Source: Lytechinus pictus (taxonomy: Eukaryota). From it: a stretch of 64,000 nucleotides of DNA. Under the pieces are notes generated by a model that saw nothing but the letters and a program-made list of their open reading frames with translations, was not told the origin of the DNA and did not search any database. The stretch spans positions 1,180,001-1,244,000 of the forward strand of contig NC_087252.1 in NCBI RefSeq assembly GCF_037042905.1, written 5' to 3'. Positions 1 to 12,256 of the stretch are shown piece by piece (positions within the stretch are counted from its first letter, which is position 1; each line of letters begins with the position of its first letter). A program made the translations under genes and the position numbers.

Positions 1-534
1 ACCTTACTTAATAAAACTAAAACATGACAGAACTTGAACATTCAAAATATATACTTTTTTCTGGTGGGTTGACCAAGGAGATATCACTCCTTGGGTTGAC
101 AAACCTTTGAGTACCACTGTACATGTAATAAATATACATGTATATAAGCGTACCACAGACACATTTTCGTGCCAATATTGCACTTGTTATACAATCGCAA
201 TAATTCATTTTTCTTATGCAGGCTTACGAGTGGATCAAAATTAGGTTAATTTCCCGACGAGGGGCACTCGGCGGATTTTGAACGGGAAGGGGTATGCGCG
301 GTCCCAAAGTCTGAAACCACACCCTTGCGGAACTGGACTTGCTTTGAAATGAGGAGCTTAAGAACAATATAGCCCTCTGCAAACGGGGGTGATTGGGGAC
401 TGGAATTTAACATGAAGAGAACTTCAAGAACTGACTCAATTTGATGGGGGCGGGGAGAATGGTTTCGTCAATGAAAAAGGGTGAAAACGATCTCCCTGGT
501 AGTTGCTTGCGAGCCGTGGAAAGGGGTCCTTTAA

Positions 535-2277
535 GCTGTGGCCACATCCCGTCGTACTTGCACGTGCGCGCAGTCTACGTGCGAAAACGTGGGCAAAAAT
601 CGGGAAACTCGTACGTCACGCACGTGGTGAGTACCGACTCGGTACGGATTTGGCAGTGCGCAGACACGACGCAGAACTTTTAGTGCAGGAGGAACTTTCG
701 CTGCGTGCAGGCTACGTTCGAGCTACGGATTTGCCCCACGTGCGCGCACGCACGCCCTCGGTACTGCAAAAGTACGCACAACGCACCGAATCCGTGAGAC
801 TTTTTAGATATTCGCCGCGGCCACTTCCTGTACCGAAGGTGCACTTAGCAAGTGCGCGTTGCCGCACGGATAATTGCGTGACCCGTGCTACTCGGCACTT
901 TCCCAATGTAATTATTCAAATGAACGTGAAGAACTCACGTGCTCGTGCGGAGTAAGCATGTGATCAGCACTTACAACGCACGTCGTGCTCAAATATAAAC
1001 AAGAAAACACAAAGTCATATTCTATTACCATGTTCCACATAATGACCTTATTCTTATTTATTCACACACTATATAATACATTAATTTCATGAACTATGTC
1101 TAAAGTTCATTATCATGAGTGCTTGAAGAGTTGTAGAATGTAAACAAATGCAATCGAATCGTGTATCATGAGTTCAAACAAAGACAGTGTATTAGTCCGC
1201 CAAATAAAACAAAAAAAGAATTAAAAAAAATGATTTTTCATAGATTTCTATGAAATGAGATAATGCTTATTACGAGTTCCTGCGTTCACACAACGAGATC
1301 CTGCCATTGATATATAGTCAATATCATACTGACTATATATCAATGGTGTAGATACTTTCAATGTTTCAGGAGTCACCGCGCCTTGGAACCTGGACTGAAA
1401 CTCGCCATCACTCTTCGCTTTTTGGCAACGGGAAGCAAGTCCATTGCGTATGACTTCCGGGTGGCACACAATCACACGTAGACAATTCCTTCTTTTTTCT
1501 AAAAGGAAAGGCAATCCCCCTCCCCATAATGGAGAATATAAGTTTTAATTGGCATTATAATTGGAGTTAGTTTTGCCCAAACCTTTCTAATAGTACATGG
1601 ACCTTTTCTATTCAAGAAGGATTGCTTCAAAACTGTCAATATTCTTTATTACAAAATTGAGGAGTTAGAAGTAGCGAATGAAATAATTGTTTATAACACG
1701 TCAAGTAATATTTGCCGTCCAAGTTATCGATGTTAATAAAGGTGCCACGTCTTGCTCATGCCCTGTCACTTGAAGCTGCTCTGCCAGTATCAAAAGTATT
1801 TGGAGTCTCTGTGGTAGAAGAGGCGGCATTTTGAAGGACGTCAGAAGATCAATCTCTATAAATATACCCCACCACATGGGGGGGGGGGGGGCTTACGTTC
1901 ATCGCAAGTGCATGCAGTTGCAACCTGCGCGTAAGTAAGAACGGCGTACGTGAGCAGCACGTGTAAGTACGGCCTCCATTCCAAAATGTGTCGAACGCAC
2001 GGAGATCGTACGTTGTAAGCAGGTACAACCTTGGGTACAACTCACTCCACACGTGCGCGACGTACATTGCACGCAATCGCTCACTGCAAGGCGTGACACG
2101 CGGGCAGCGCACGCACTACGTACTTACACCTTGCGTAGTCGTACGAGTGACGTGCGTCGACGCACTTGCTCCCTGCGTTCGCGACTTTTCCCTACGTTTT
2201 CAGAAAAACGCAGCGACCGTAGCCTCTCCCAAAAAACGTACGGCCAAAAAAACCGTACGGCGGCTTGTGACCAGGGC
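535..2277 (+). mobile_element. Non-autonomous PIF/Harbinger DNA transposon (internal deletion derivative)
   Basis: Imperfect TIRs GCTGTGGCCACATCCCGTCGTAC and GTACGGCGGCTTGTGACCAGGGC. TTAA on both flanks (531-534, 2278-2281). CpG-rich CACGTG/CGTACG subterminal repeats. Internal transposase remnant. Confidence 0.75.
1383..1472 (+). pseudogene. Harbinger (HARBI1-like) transposase fragment
   Basis: Manual translation gives LEPGLKLAITLRFLATGSKSIAYDFRVAHN, matching the LAITLRFLATG..Y..LAY.FRV motif of the Harbinger transposase HTH region. Not in the ORF track. Confidence 0.8.
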
Positions 2278-2365
2278 TTAAGGGCCGCACATACCCGTTC
2301 TGCGGTTATTACGTGAGTGCCCACCACCGGCCCATTAATTCCTGGCCAAACTGAATGAGATTTAC

Positions 2366-2550
2366 CTGCAACCAAAATGTTCCGGGGCGGGGTTCGATCC
2401 TATAAAAGATGGCTCAATCTGCGGGTTACAATAATGCAATCGAAAAGTATTAATGATATTCCAGCCGACTTGATCGAGGAGCTTCAAACACAATTGACTC
2501 GATTCCCAGACATCAACCTTGCAGGGAGTAGAGTCCAGCTTCATGTGACC
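2366..2550 (-). other. Candidate isolated exon, product unknown
   Basis: Minus strand reads attattgtAG|GGTCACATG...GGTTGCAG|GTAAAT. 185 bp with one open frame (GHMKLDSTPCKV...EHFGC). No recognised homology. Confidence 0.25.
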
Positions 2551-3434
2551 CTACAATAATGTTAATGGCTGCTTTATAGTCTTTCCATTTTCTTGTAGGT
2601 CCATATATTGTCCTCCAAACGACGTCCGAAACTGGTCAGAGAGGTATTAAAAGTTGGCCGTGGACGCTTTTAAAACGCATCAATTCACGATGATTGGCTA
2701 TACGCTCTCTGTTTATTGTAGGTCTATACATATTTATCGTCAGTGCTTTGTAAGTATTGACAGTCATAGTATTTATATTTGATAGCACAATGAGTAGATC
2801 TTTGATCTTTCGATTTAGTAGGTCACATAACAGTGTTAACGATTCCACTTTACTATTGCGAAATGGGGAAGGTTTGCTGACGCCTTTTTTTTTGGGGGGG
2901 GGGGGCATGTCATTTTTTTATCGAGACAAAATGCCAAATAGTTTTGACTGATGACCCTTTTTTTGTTTGCTTGTCTAAATTCAAAACCACATTCGAACCC
3001 CTTCCTTGATATCCCTGGCTATGGAGTTGACTAAATAGCTAGGTTATCAAAGTTCCAATTGACTCGGGTGATGAGAGGAACCTATTGCAATCGGTTGTAC
3101 ACTTTTGCAGTTCGTTTTTGTTGTCTATGGATGTTTTCTTTTCTGTCATAAATGAAAAGCATGATCAAACAAGCCATTCGCAAAAGAAAAATAACTTGAA
3201 CGCACTCAACGTACGTGACAGTGAACAACCGTGAATATACATGCAAGCCCTTCATACGTGTCATAATAAATAAGCTTTGCTAGCACGAAGGGGCCCAGGA
3301 CAGGCAGCACAAATTTGGCTATTAAATTAATCCAGATATCATCAATTATTAGGCAGCATAAATTTGATTACCAGTATTAGTGGTGTAATGAGCCGAATAT
3401 TTTGAGCGGGCCAGATATGGCCTAAAGGGAAAAA

Positions 3435-4141
3435 TTGAGTATCTGAAAATAAAAACGGCCCAAGTCCAAATTTTGGCGAAATTGAGTTAAATATGGAAAA
3501 TTGTTCTTTATAAAATGACTCATCTTGTGTATAAATGATAAATCTAAAATCATCTCAGAAATGCCTTAAATAAAGGAGGAAAATCTGGTATGAATGTAAG
3601 AAAAGCCCAAGTCCTGGGAGCCGTTTCATAAAGCTGTTCATAAGTTAAGAGCGACTTTAAGAACGACTGGTGAACCTTTCTTACGCGCTAAACCATCGCC
3701 AAGAACATTTTGGTGCACACCATTTACCACAAGAAAGGATCACCAGTCGTTCTTAAAGTCGCTCTTAACTTACGAACAGCTTATGAAACACCCACCAGGA
3801 CTTGGGCTTTTCTTACATTCATTTCATAGCGCCCTCTCTTATTACATCTACTACTTATTACAGAAGTCGAACAGTCTAATATGTATATGAATGTAAGAAT
3901 GACCCAAGTCCATATGAATCTATAAACGACCCAAGTCCACCAGACAAAGGGCCCCGCCCACAATTAACATGAATATTAACATGATTAATGTTCATAAAAA
4001 ATGTACACTTAAATTTGTTTTAGATGTTCTCTGATAGCTTATGGCTAAATATACTTTAATTGCCCAAATTTAAAAAATAACAATTTTTCTCTCGAAATGG
4101 CCTCCTATGGACGTGGGCCTTTTTTGTATTCATATACTCAA
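3435..4141. mobile_element. MITE with ~33-bp TIRs and CCCAAGTCC subterminal repeats
   Basis: TTGAGTATCTGAAAATAAAAACGGCCCAAGTCC pairs with GGACGTGGGCCTTTTTTGTATTCATATACTCAA. Confidence 0.65.
3617..3795. mobile_element. Foldback MITE inserted at CWG
   Basis: Near-perfect ~60-bp inverted arms (TAAGTTAAGAGCGACTTTAAGAACGACTGGTGA and its complement). Flanks are CTG and CAG. Confidence 0.8.
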
Positions 4142-4625
4142 TTTATAGAAGAAAAAAAAGTAGCGAAGGCGAAGTAAGCGAGCAAAAATTTCGACCTTTC
4201 ATTACAAAATTTAATTTTTTTGACATAACATACAGAAAACGATATCATATTTTACTTTCCTCTCTTTCCTTTTGTTTCCTCAGTTTTCTCTTTTTTTGTC
4301 ATGAAAAATGGGGGAGGGGCAAGCGTCACCAACCATCCCCCCCCCCCTCCCCTATCTGTACTGCACTGATCAGTATCCTTTTAGCCAAACGATCACCCAA
4401 CGTAGGCTAAATAAAATGTTGCAGAACCCTCGAGAATTGAAATCAACTTATAAAAATTAATATTCTCCCCATCCCTCTTAAGAATTCAACTGAATTTTCG
4501 AATTCATAACGTTTGCGATGAAGTAATTTGCTTTTCTTCTTCTCCTTTATTTTTGTTTGAAATAAATTCTGAATTTATGTGCTTATTCATTTTGCTTTCA
4601 ATCATTGATTTCAATGTTTTCTTTC

Positions 4626-5754
4626 ATGAAACAATTTACATTCGATCATGATTGGTCTGTCCCGAAATGATAGATCAAATTTGATAATTGTAATTCAACA
4701 TATGATTTCGGAGAGGAAAAAATCAATCAATCGACATGATCTCACAATGTAAATTTGCAATCAATAATTGCTTGTAAGACTTTATAAGTACGTTATTAAA
4801 AGATTCCCCCAAACACCTTGCAGTGTTCTTAACAAACAAAAATGACAAAATGCAGGGCCCTATGAACGATTTTTGAAGAGGGATGCTGGTTTTGAAAAAA
4901 AACCGGTAATCAAAAATAAACCTTTCGCTTATAGTTTTAGCATACCAATCTGATTTCCAGGAGGTGCTGCCTATGAGAGTGAATAAAACACGTAGCACCT
5001 CCAGACAAATCTTAGGGGTGCTTCATCAACCCCCACCCCTAATTAAACACCCCTGTTTCCCTGGCCCATGAAAAAAAAATGGTATAATGGCATACCAAAT
5101 GCTAAATAATAAGTAGACAAACTGGTTGTAGACAAAATGTAGGATTAGACCAAAACAAGTTAGACCAAGCGGGTATAGATCAAATGGCACTTTACCTAAA
5201 AACGTAAACGAGACATCGAGACGAATGGGATGAGTATTTAGAGACTAAACAGGATATCATTACCTCAGCGAACCTTCGACAAAGTTTACCTCCATAATAA
5301 ACTCTATGAGAAAGTAAACAAACGTACATAAAAATTATCATAAACACTAAACTGAGAACGACAAGGTCAATTTCTCACCGTGTACATATCACTCTTGATC
5401 AGCATGTGAAGAGCTTAACTCCAAAAGGGGATTAATCCACTTTTGACCAAACTCGACCAAATGCAAATATTTGTATGTTAGACGTTGGAATAAAATGCAC
5501 CATATCGCGTTTGAAAATATTTGGGGGAAGGTTGGCAAGAAATGATTACAAATTTGAGTTTTATTTATAAAAAGGAGGCAAATCAAAAACAGCTTTATTC
5601 CAAAGCGAGCTTTAAGTTAATTTTACCACTTACTTACAATTACCACATACCTACACGTACCTACAATGAAACAATTTGCATTCGATCATGATTGGTCTGT
5701 CCTGAAACGATAGATCAAATTTCATTATTGTAATTCAACGTATGATTTCGGAGA
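4626..5754 (+). repeat. Pair of ~89-bp direct repeats (4626-4714, 5666-5754)
   Basis: ATGAAACAATTT(A/G)CATTCGATCATGATTGGTCTGTCC...TATGATTTCGGAGA occurs twice, 1040 bp apart, with about six substitutions. Confidence 0.85.
4853..5070. mobile_element. hAT-like MITE, same family as 34662-34842
   Basis: Ends CAGGGCCC and GGCCCATG. Shares internal CAGGAGGTGCTGCCTATG with the 34662 copy. Confidence 0.6.
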
Positions 5755-7154
5755 AATTCAATTCAGATTTTAAGTTCTAGTCATGTTGTCGATACAACCA
5801 CAGCCGGCTCGCCCCCCCCCCCCTTGAGAGGCACAATTAAAATTTGTATTGTAAAAATGCCGTTAAAACACAACTGTGCCCCCCCCCCCCCCCCTGAAAG
5901 TGAGGACTTTTTTTCTTGTTTCTTTTTTTTTACTTGTCTATTTTTTTTGTTGACGAAATGTACTTAATTTTTGGTTAAATTTTTTTTTGGCTTGTCAAAT
6001 TTTTCCTCGGGAAAATGTGCCCCCCACCCCCTTTGGGGGCAAAATCCTGGATACAACTTCACGTCATCAGTGCAAAGTTTGAGATAAACGATAGATTTGC
6101 GCTATTATTATGAGGAAGTCAGGGCAGATGATAAAACATTACATCCAAAATATTAAAATTTGTTTCTCTTGGCTCGCCGAGCATTGTATAGTTGTCAAGA
6201 TATTCAGCATGAAGAAGTGTATTTTGTGGTGAGGTCAAATAATATGAGCACAACTGTACATGTTTATAGACACTCGAAGAAAAAATATATATTTTAGGCT
6301 GGTTAAAACATAAACCTACTAACTGCTGGTTAAATGAAATGTCAAACGAATGGAGAGTTATTTTATTAACCAACAACCGGTTAGAGTGTATACCCCCCCC
6401 CCCCCCCCGACAGAAGGGCGTTTTATCTTTCAGGTGCACCATGGGAACACTGCATGGGGTGTATTTTATTTCATTCGTTCGTTTTTATGTTCCAGTTAGG
6501 CACTATTGTTTCATTAAAAAAAAAATCAAACATTCATATTGATTGATTTCTATACTAAATAAGTCGAAAGGGGGCGTTTGAAATACTGTATCCAAGCAGC
6601 TTCCACGGAGTGGCATTAACGCATTCTTGGTTGTATACGGTACAGACCAAACAAACTCAATCTTCGATTTTCGATCATTTTTAAACGCCCTCTACCATGT
6701 CTACGTTGATATTCGCATGATCTCATACCTATAAACTGGAACTAGAGGAGTCTATAACTTATTATGGAAAGTTAAGTATAGATATGAATTTACCGATATT
6801 ATGATCATGATATTAAATCCGAATTAAATCTTAGTCATTTTCACACCGAAACTTGGACATCGATGCAAACTAGTTGTTATTTTTCATTATTCATTCATTA
6901 TATCATCGTTATTCTTTTATTCATTCATTAAATTCTTTATGAATTTATTTTCCTAATTAAATAAATTCAATTAATTCATAGATTCACCCATCCATCTATT
7001 TTATTCATTCATAATTCATTGTCAATTTGTTCACCCAGTCTCAAAGAGTTGCGTCTTGAAAGCACCCTCTCTTTTTGTTGCGATTAACAACAAATGAAAA
7101 GTCGGTGCACAGCTTTGTAGTTAGTCCTTAGTTTTACTCAATCTTTTTTCTGAT

Positions 7155-7561
7155 TTTTTTTCTGACTTATGATTTTCATTACAGATTGAGAATGCAATTT
7201 TAAACACATAGGAGTAATGCCGAAAATTTGATTACAAATTGTAATTTCCTCCTATTAAAGCCTCTTTATTTACTATCTATTGTCCACGGCGGACTATTTT
7301 GCATATTAATGAGTCAGAAAGAAGAGGATCGAGGGTATTTGAATTCCAGGTCATCGTGACTTAGCCGTGAACCAGAATAGCCTGGTGGTTAAGTCGCTGC
7401 CCGGAAAGCAGTAGATGGCTGGTTCGAATCCCATTGGTTCCAATTTTTTCTGACTTATGATTTTCATTACAGATCGAGCATGCGATCTTAAACACATATA
7501 GGAGTAGTGCCGAAAATTTGTTTACATATTGTGATTTCCTCCTATTAAAGCCTCTTTATTT
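7155..7561 (+). repeat. A-B-A element: ~117-bp direct repeats flanking a tRNA-like sequence
   Basis: TTTTTTCTGACTTATGATTTTCATTACAGAT...CCTCCTATTAAAGCCTCTTTATTT at 7155-7271 and 7444-7561. Confidence 0.8.
7369..7440 (+). pseudogene. tRNA-like sequence (pseudo-tRNA or SINE head)
   Basis: Acceptor-like stem GAACCA/TGGTTC, A box TAGCCTGGTGG, anticodon arm CTGC-CCGGAAA-GCAG (no U33), B box GGTTCGAATCC. Confidence 0.6.
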
Positions 7562-9145
7562 GCTCCCAGACGAACGTTTGTCCTGAAGTCGTGATACCTA
7601 ATATCAATGCATGATTCGTGTCACGATGTAAACCGTGGTCTAAATCGTAGAGTAATCGTAGCGATCGTATCAGATCGTATCAGATCGTATCTGATCGTAT
7701 TAGATCTTGAGGTCAGTCGTGGCAACCGTATTGATTGTAGAAAAAAAAGTAGGACTGCTCCAAAAATTTCGCGATCAGCAACGAAAGTACAATCATAACG
7801 GATCGCACGAAAGCGGGAACAAGGTATAAAGGATATGACAAAGATGTGATTTATCTTATGAAATAAATTGCAAATTCGACCTTTTTTATGATAGATACAT
7901 TACAAATGTTCACATTATTTTTATATGGTGCCGTTTAAAAAAGAATATCTGTGTTGTTGTTTTCCTTGTTGTTGTTTTTGTTGATAAAACCAATTCTCAA
8001 GCACAGAATGATCGAAGAATTATAACCTTTATCTGTACGTAGCTTCGTGATATTCAATCACTAAATTTGTAACATAAGTGCTCAAATCTTTTGGGGTTTG
8101 TTTTCTTTTAGAATAACGGTTCAAAAACCAAAAGTTTTGATGGCCACTACATTAAAGGGGGCTTTCACGATTGCTATTGCAATCGTTTGCGTTCATTAGA
8201 TCACAATATTATTGTTGCGCACAATCGAAACGGTTGTAAGCAGTCATACCACGGTTACCACCAGTGTAAAAGGGGCTTTGAATGAGACATGATAGTAACC
8301 AACTATTAGTATATTGGCAAGCTTCAGATGGGCTTTAAATATCTGTACGTTTCTGTGCAGTGTGCGAATGAAAGGTTGCCCCCTGCTTTTTAATGATGTG
8401 TTCTCGGGGATGCACGGTCGATTACACCTATATTTTCAGAGTGAAGGGGGAAAATAATCCTAGTTTTCCCTAACATACTCTAATGAGCACAAAAAGAACA
8501 CATCCATGCGCAAACCAAACCATCACGACATCTTATTAATTTGGTTCTTCTTGATGTATTCACTGATTTCAAATCCCCAATCTCCCATAACAGATTCCAA
8601 GGTCTCTTGTTAACCATTCCTTCGTGACGTGTTGCCAGTCTCTTGATTTATCCTGATGCCTTAAAAGTGTCGGACTGGTACTTAGATTGTCATGATAGGT
8701 TTTTAATAGTGCTTCCCACTTCGCCCGCTTTCAGCCTCCAAGAATAGGCTCGGATGACTGGAAGGAAACACGAACGGACGATTTAAAGAGCCATACACTT
8801 CATGGATGTAATTTCTGAAGGTTTCCATCATCAGGACCAACATGCAAACGAAATAATACATGGTGTACCATGAAACCACTACATGTACTTGGTGAAATGC
8901 ATGGTGAGATATTTGATCTAATCATGTCGACATAATAGCCTTGTCACGGCATGTCGACATGTTTTGACACATAGAACTTTAACTTGTCAACATAGCGAGA
9001 TACGTTATCTTGCCGAGTCGACTAATAAGTACGCCGCCGTCATGGTGGGTAACGTATCTACTATATCTCGTCCTGTCGACAAAAATCGATTTATAAGTCG
9101 ACTTGGCAAGATACATATCTAGGACTAAACATGATAAGTCGACTA

Positions 9146-9309
9146 ATGCTGTAGTTACATTTACCGTACGGTGTCCGCACTGTGAGTCGAAAACAGCTTT
9201 TTACGGATTTTCATACGAACCACATACAGGAAGCTGGTACAAAAATGATAAAAAACGGCCGTTTTCGACTCACCGTACGGCCATCTTAGGCCCGATGTGA
9301 TTGCGCCAT
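9146..9309. mobile_element. Harbinger-like MITE inside a GTCGAC-rich repeat (~8920-9390)
   Basis: Ends ATGCTGTAGTTACAT and ATGTGATTGCGCCAT with TA flanks. A related right end occurs at ~36940-37012. Confidence 0.55.
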
Positions 9310-11649
9310 TAGCAGGATAATGTATATCGCCATGATTGTCGACACAGTAACGCAATCCAGTCGACATTGTATGATTTTATATCTTGCCATCTAATCAATT
9401 AGGTATGTTGCTTTAAATTACCTGTAGAAATGTTGTGTAAATAACCGACTAAAACTTCATGTTCCTATTGTAGTAACTACCTGTGTTGACCAAGAAGGAT
9501 TATGATTTAACGGGCCGTTTGTTAGCTACAATAGTTCGTGTTGAAATCACGTTTGTCACTCGGTCGGATGTTGGTGTGATGTTTATTTTAGAACATGTAC
9601 GTAAATGGTGAGAAGAATGCATCTAGTTTGAGGCTGCAAAGTATAGAGTAATCCTGTTCATTGTTCACTGGCGGACCCAGGTTTCGTGGAGGTGGGGGGC
9701 AGAAAATATTGTACCAATTACTATTTTTTTTTAAATCGCCAAGCCCTCCTTTTTTTTCTTTTGCATGAACTGCCCAAACTCTCGCAAAAATGATACAAGC
9801 AGCCCCCCTAAAAATAAATAATAGGGATGTATGAGCCCCTTTTCGTCTCCATATAGGCATAGAATGATATCAGCGGATTTCCCAAGGGGCGGCCCAGGGG
9901 CGGCACATCCGCAATATCCACCATACATGTGCAACAATAATGGTAAAATATGTCTTTATCTTGTGCACTGGGCTCATTTGTCATCTGGGGCCAGACGACC
10001 CTGTCATAGCTGATTCAGGGGGGGGGGCATTCCGTCGGGAACGCCGCCCATTTTAGATACACCAAGAGTTACGTAATTGATGCACAATACTCAGTAACGT
10101 AATGACGAAAGCATTTTCACATGTTAGAGGGGGCCAGATATGGCGAATTGAACAAAATTCCTTTACAAAAAATATGCCATAAAGGGAAGTGGGCGAGCAA
10201 AAAAAATGTGAGCCTTTGATACAAAAATCAAATCTTGTGATAGATTTTTGAAGTAATATTCATTACAATATTTACATTATATAAACCACGTTTCACAATT
10301 TTCTTTTCCTTCCCCCTTTTCTCGTATTCAATGGACGTAAAAAGTTAGGGGCCAATTGCCCCAAGCCCCCTACCTCCATACCAGTGGGTCTACCAATAAA
10401 GCTTGAATGTTTGCTTTACATGTAATTTTGTCTTTAGCAACAAATCAAATTATGGTGTTCTCTTGGAAGTATATACGGTATCTCGGTTTTAAGTGGAAAA
10501 TACAAAATGTCAAATAGTGCTCACTGCTGAGCTTTAATGCAAATTCCATGAATAATTATTAGTTTAATGTTTGATGAGAAAGCATCCCCACCTGAATCAC
10601 ATCAACCATGTCAACGCAAATCTAGAGCTCGTCTTCATGATTTGTATGAAGGAAAAGAAAAGAGAAACGGGCTGTATTTGATATTTGTAATTGGTTTTCG
10701 CACTTCAACGTTATGAAACCCCTGGGGCCTGCTATTTTGTCAACAATCTTACGGTGTATAGGCTTTCTCCCCATTCTCTTCTAAATCTTTTCCCTTCCTT
10801 TATATTGTAGTCTTTCCAAGACATTGCAAGTTAAACTAACGAACCAATAGCTTTAGGCGATCATTATATCCGATGAAAATGGCGTTCTAAACCTGCACTA
10901 GGTAGCCAGAGAGGGGGTTAACGACGGCAATTTTGTTAAGGAAATGGCGGTTTGAATGGAGACGCCTCTAGTTCCCTTCTTCGAGGAACTTCTAATTGCT
11001 TTGTGATAATTCTATCACGTGGTTTGGTGACAGGACTGGAGGAGGGGGAGACGACCGAAGTATGACGTAATTTGGTTCCTCAAAATTGAAAAATGTAGGG
11101 TATTACAAAAAATATACCGGATCGAATCATACCTCTTCCCTTGATCATACACATCTTTCTTCTTTCTTAATATCTTTACCCCCTTTTACTAACTTGAAAA
11201 AATCATAACCTATCCCCCCTTACGCCTCCCCCTGATGGACGGCAGAAACTTTTATCATCGTGGTCATATCTTCATCCCACTACACAATGCTCATTCCTAA
11301 TTATAGGCCTAATACCTTCCTATATATTCATCTGCGGCGATGGGGGGGGGGGGGCTGATCGTGTTTATGGGACAGGTGGTATCGCCCCCCCCCCTCCCCC
11401 CACCCAGAGGGACAAAAAATCTTACGAAATCGCTGCATATGAATGCTATTATGACTTTAAAAAAAATGACCTCTGCTTACCGATAGCTTGTGGTTTTATA
11501 CTTGGGAGGGGTCGTATACAGAATCTCCCCCAAATTTTCATAATATTGAGTTTTTTAAGAGGCCATGCTCTATAAAATGCATTTTTCAAAATGATACTAT
11601 TTCGAGAAATTTCGATGTACCAATGCAGTCACCATATATATAAATAAGC

Positions 11650-12057
11650 CATGCAACTTGTAGAGCTCTGTTCACAACAATGTAATCACCATGCACTTGG
11701 AGTGCTTCGTGAATTTTCAATCTCTTCTTGTCGTTGTGACTACTGACAAAGTGTGTATTTATTTTGTCTTGAAATCTGACATATTGCTTCCAAAAGCCCT
11801 TCAGAATGTTCAGGTACCGAGGATGTATATCCCATCATTAACGGATGAGTCTGTGATACAAAACAAGGCAAGGATCATCCAGAAACCTTATACTGAGCAT
11901 TACTACAAAAGGGGGTATTAAATCACGCAATCGTGGCAGTACCACGACTAAAGATCTTCATGACTTTACTCATGCAGTACTCAAGTGAAGTGCCCTTTTT
12001 CCTTCTCGTTGCAGCTTTGTATTTAATGTCATCATCTAAGGTGATTTGCATCTTCAT
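11650..12057 (-). pseudogene. Possible degenerate B-box (TRIM-like) remnant
   Basis: Across frameshifts and stops: ITLDDDIKYKAATRRKK..EYC / HEDL*SWYCHDCVI / P.C, resembling B-box Cys/His spacing. Confidence 0.25.
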
Positions 12058-12069
12058 GGCTATTGCCTA

Positions 12070-12256
12070 CACTGTTAAAAACGACATTAAAAAAAATAAG
12101 TATGTGGGTTAAACATGTCACTTTAACATTATTTAAAGTTTTAATCAAGTTGTTTTAACAGTTTAACAATTGAAAAATAAAGATAATTGTTTGATAGTTT
12201 AGATAACATATTTTTGGAGTAAGGGGCTTAAACTTTCAAACAACGATTTTACAGTG
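12070..12256. mobile_element. MITE with CACTGT termini and TA TSD
   Basis: ta-CACTGTTAAAAAC...GATTTTACAGTG-ta. Related AACAATTGTTT-rich copies at ~49150-49370, ~54620-54845 and 56952-57170. Confidence 0.7.

Larger units (their letters stand above)
253..2330. mobile_element. MITE-like element hosting the Harbinger insertion
   Basis: Left end GGGGCACTC...GGGTATGCGCGGTCCC (261-306) is the inverted complement of the right end GGGCCGCACATACCCG...GAGTGCCC (2282-2322). Confidence 0.5.
3378..4368. mobile_element. hAT-like MITE, outer element of a triple nest
   Basis: Ends TAGTGGTGTAATGAGCC and TGTACTGCACTG. Body resembles the uninterrupted copy at 48150-48402 and the fragment near 10120-10385. Confidence 0.55.

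Noticed and set aside
441..2375. Cluster of Arg/Val/Thr-rich ORFs on both strands
   Set aside because: They arise from CpG-rich transposon subterminal repeats that lack stop codons. No domain recognised.
7369..7440. Functional tRNA-Ser(GGA) gene
   Set aside because: No U33, no long variable arm, mismatched T stem, and embedded in a repeat.
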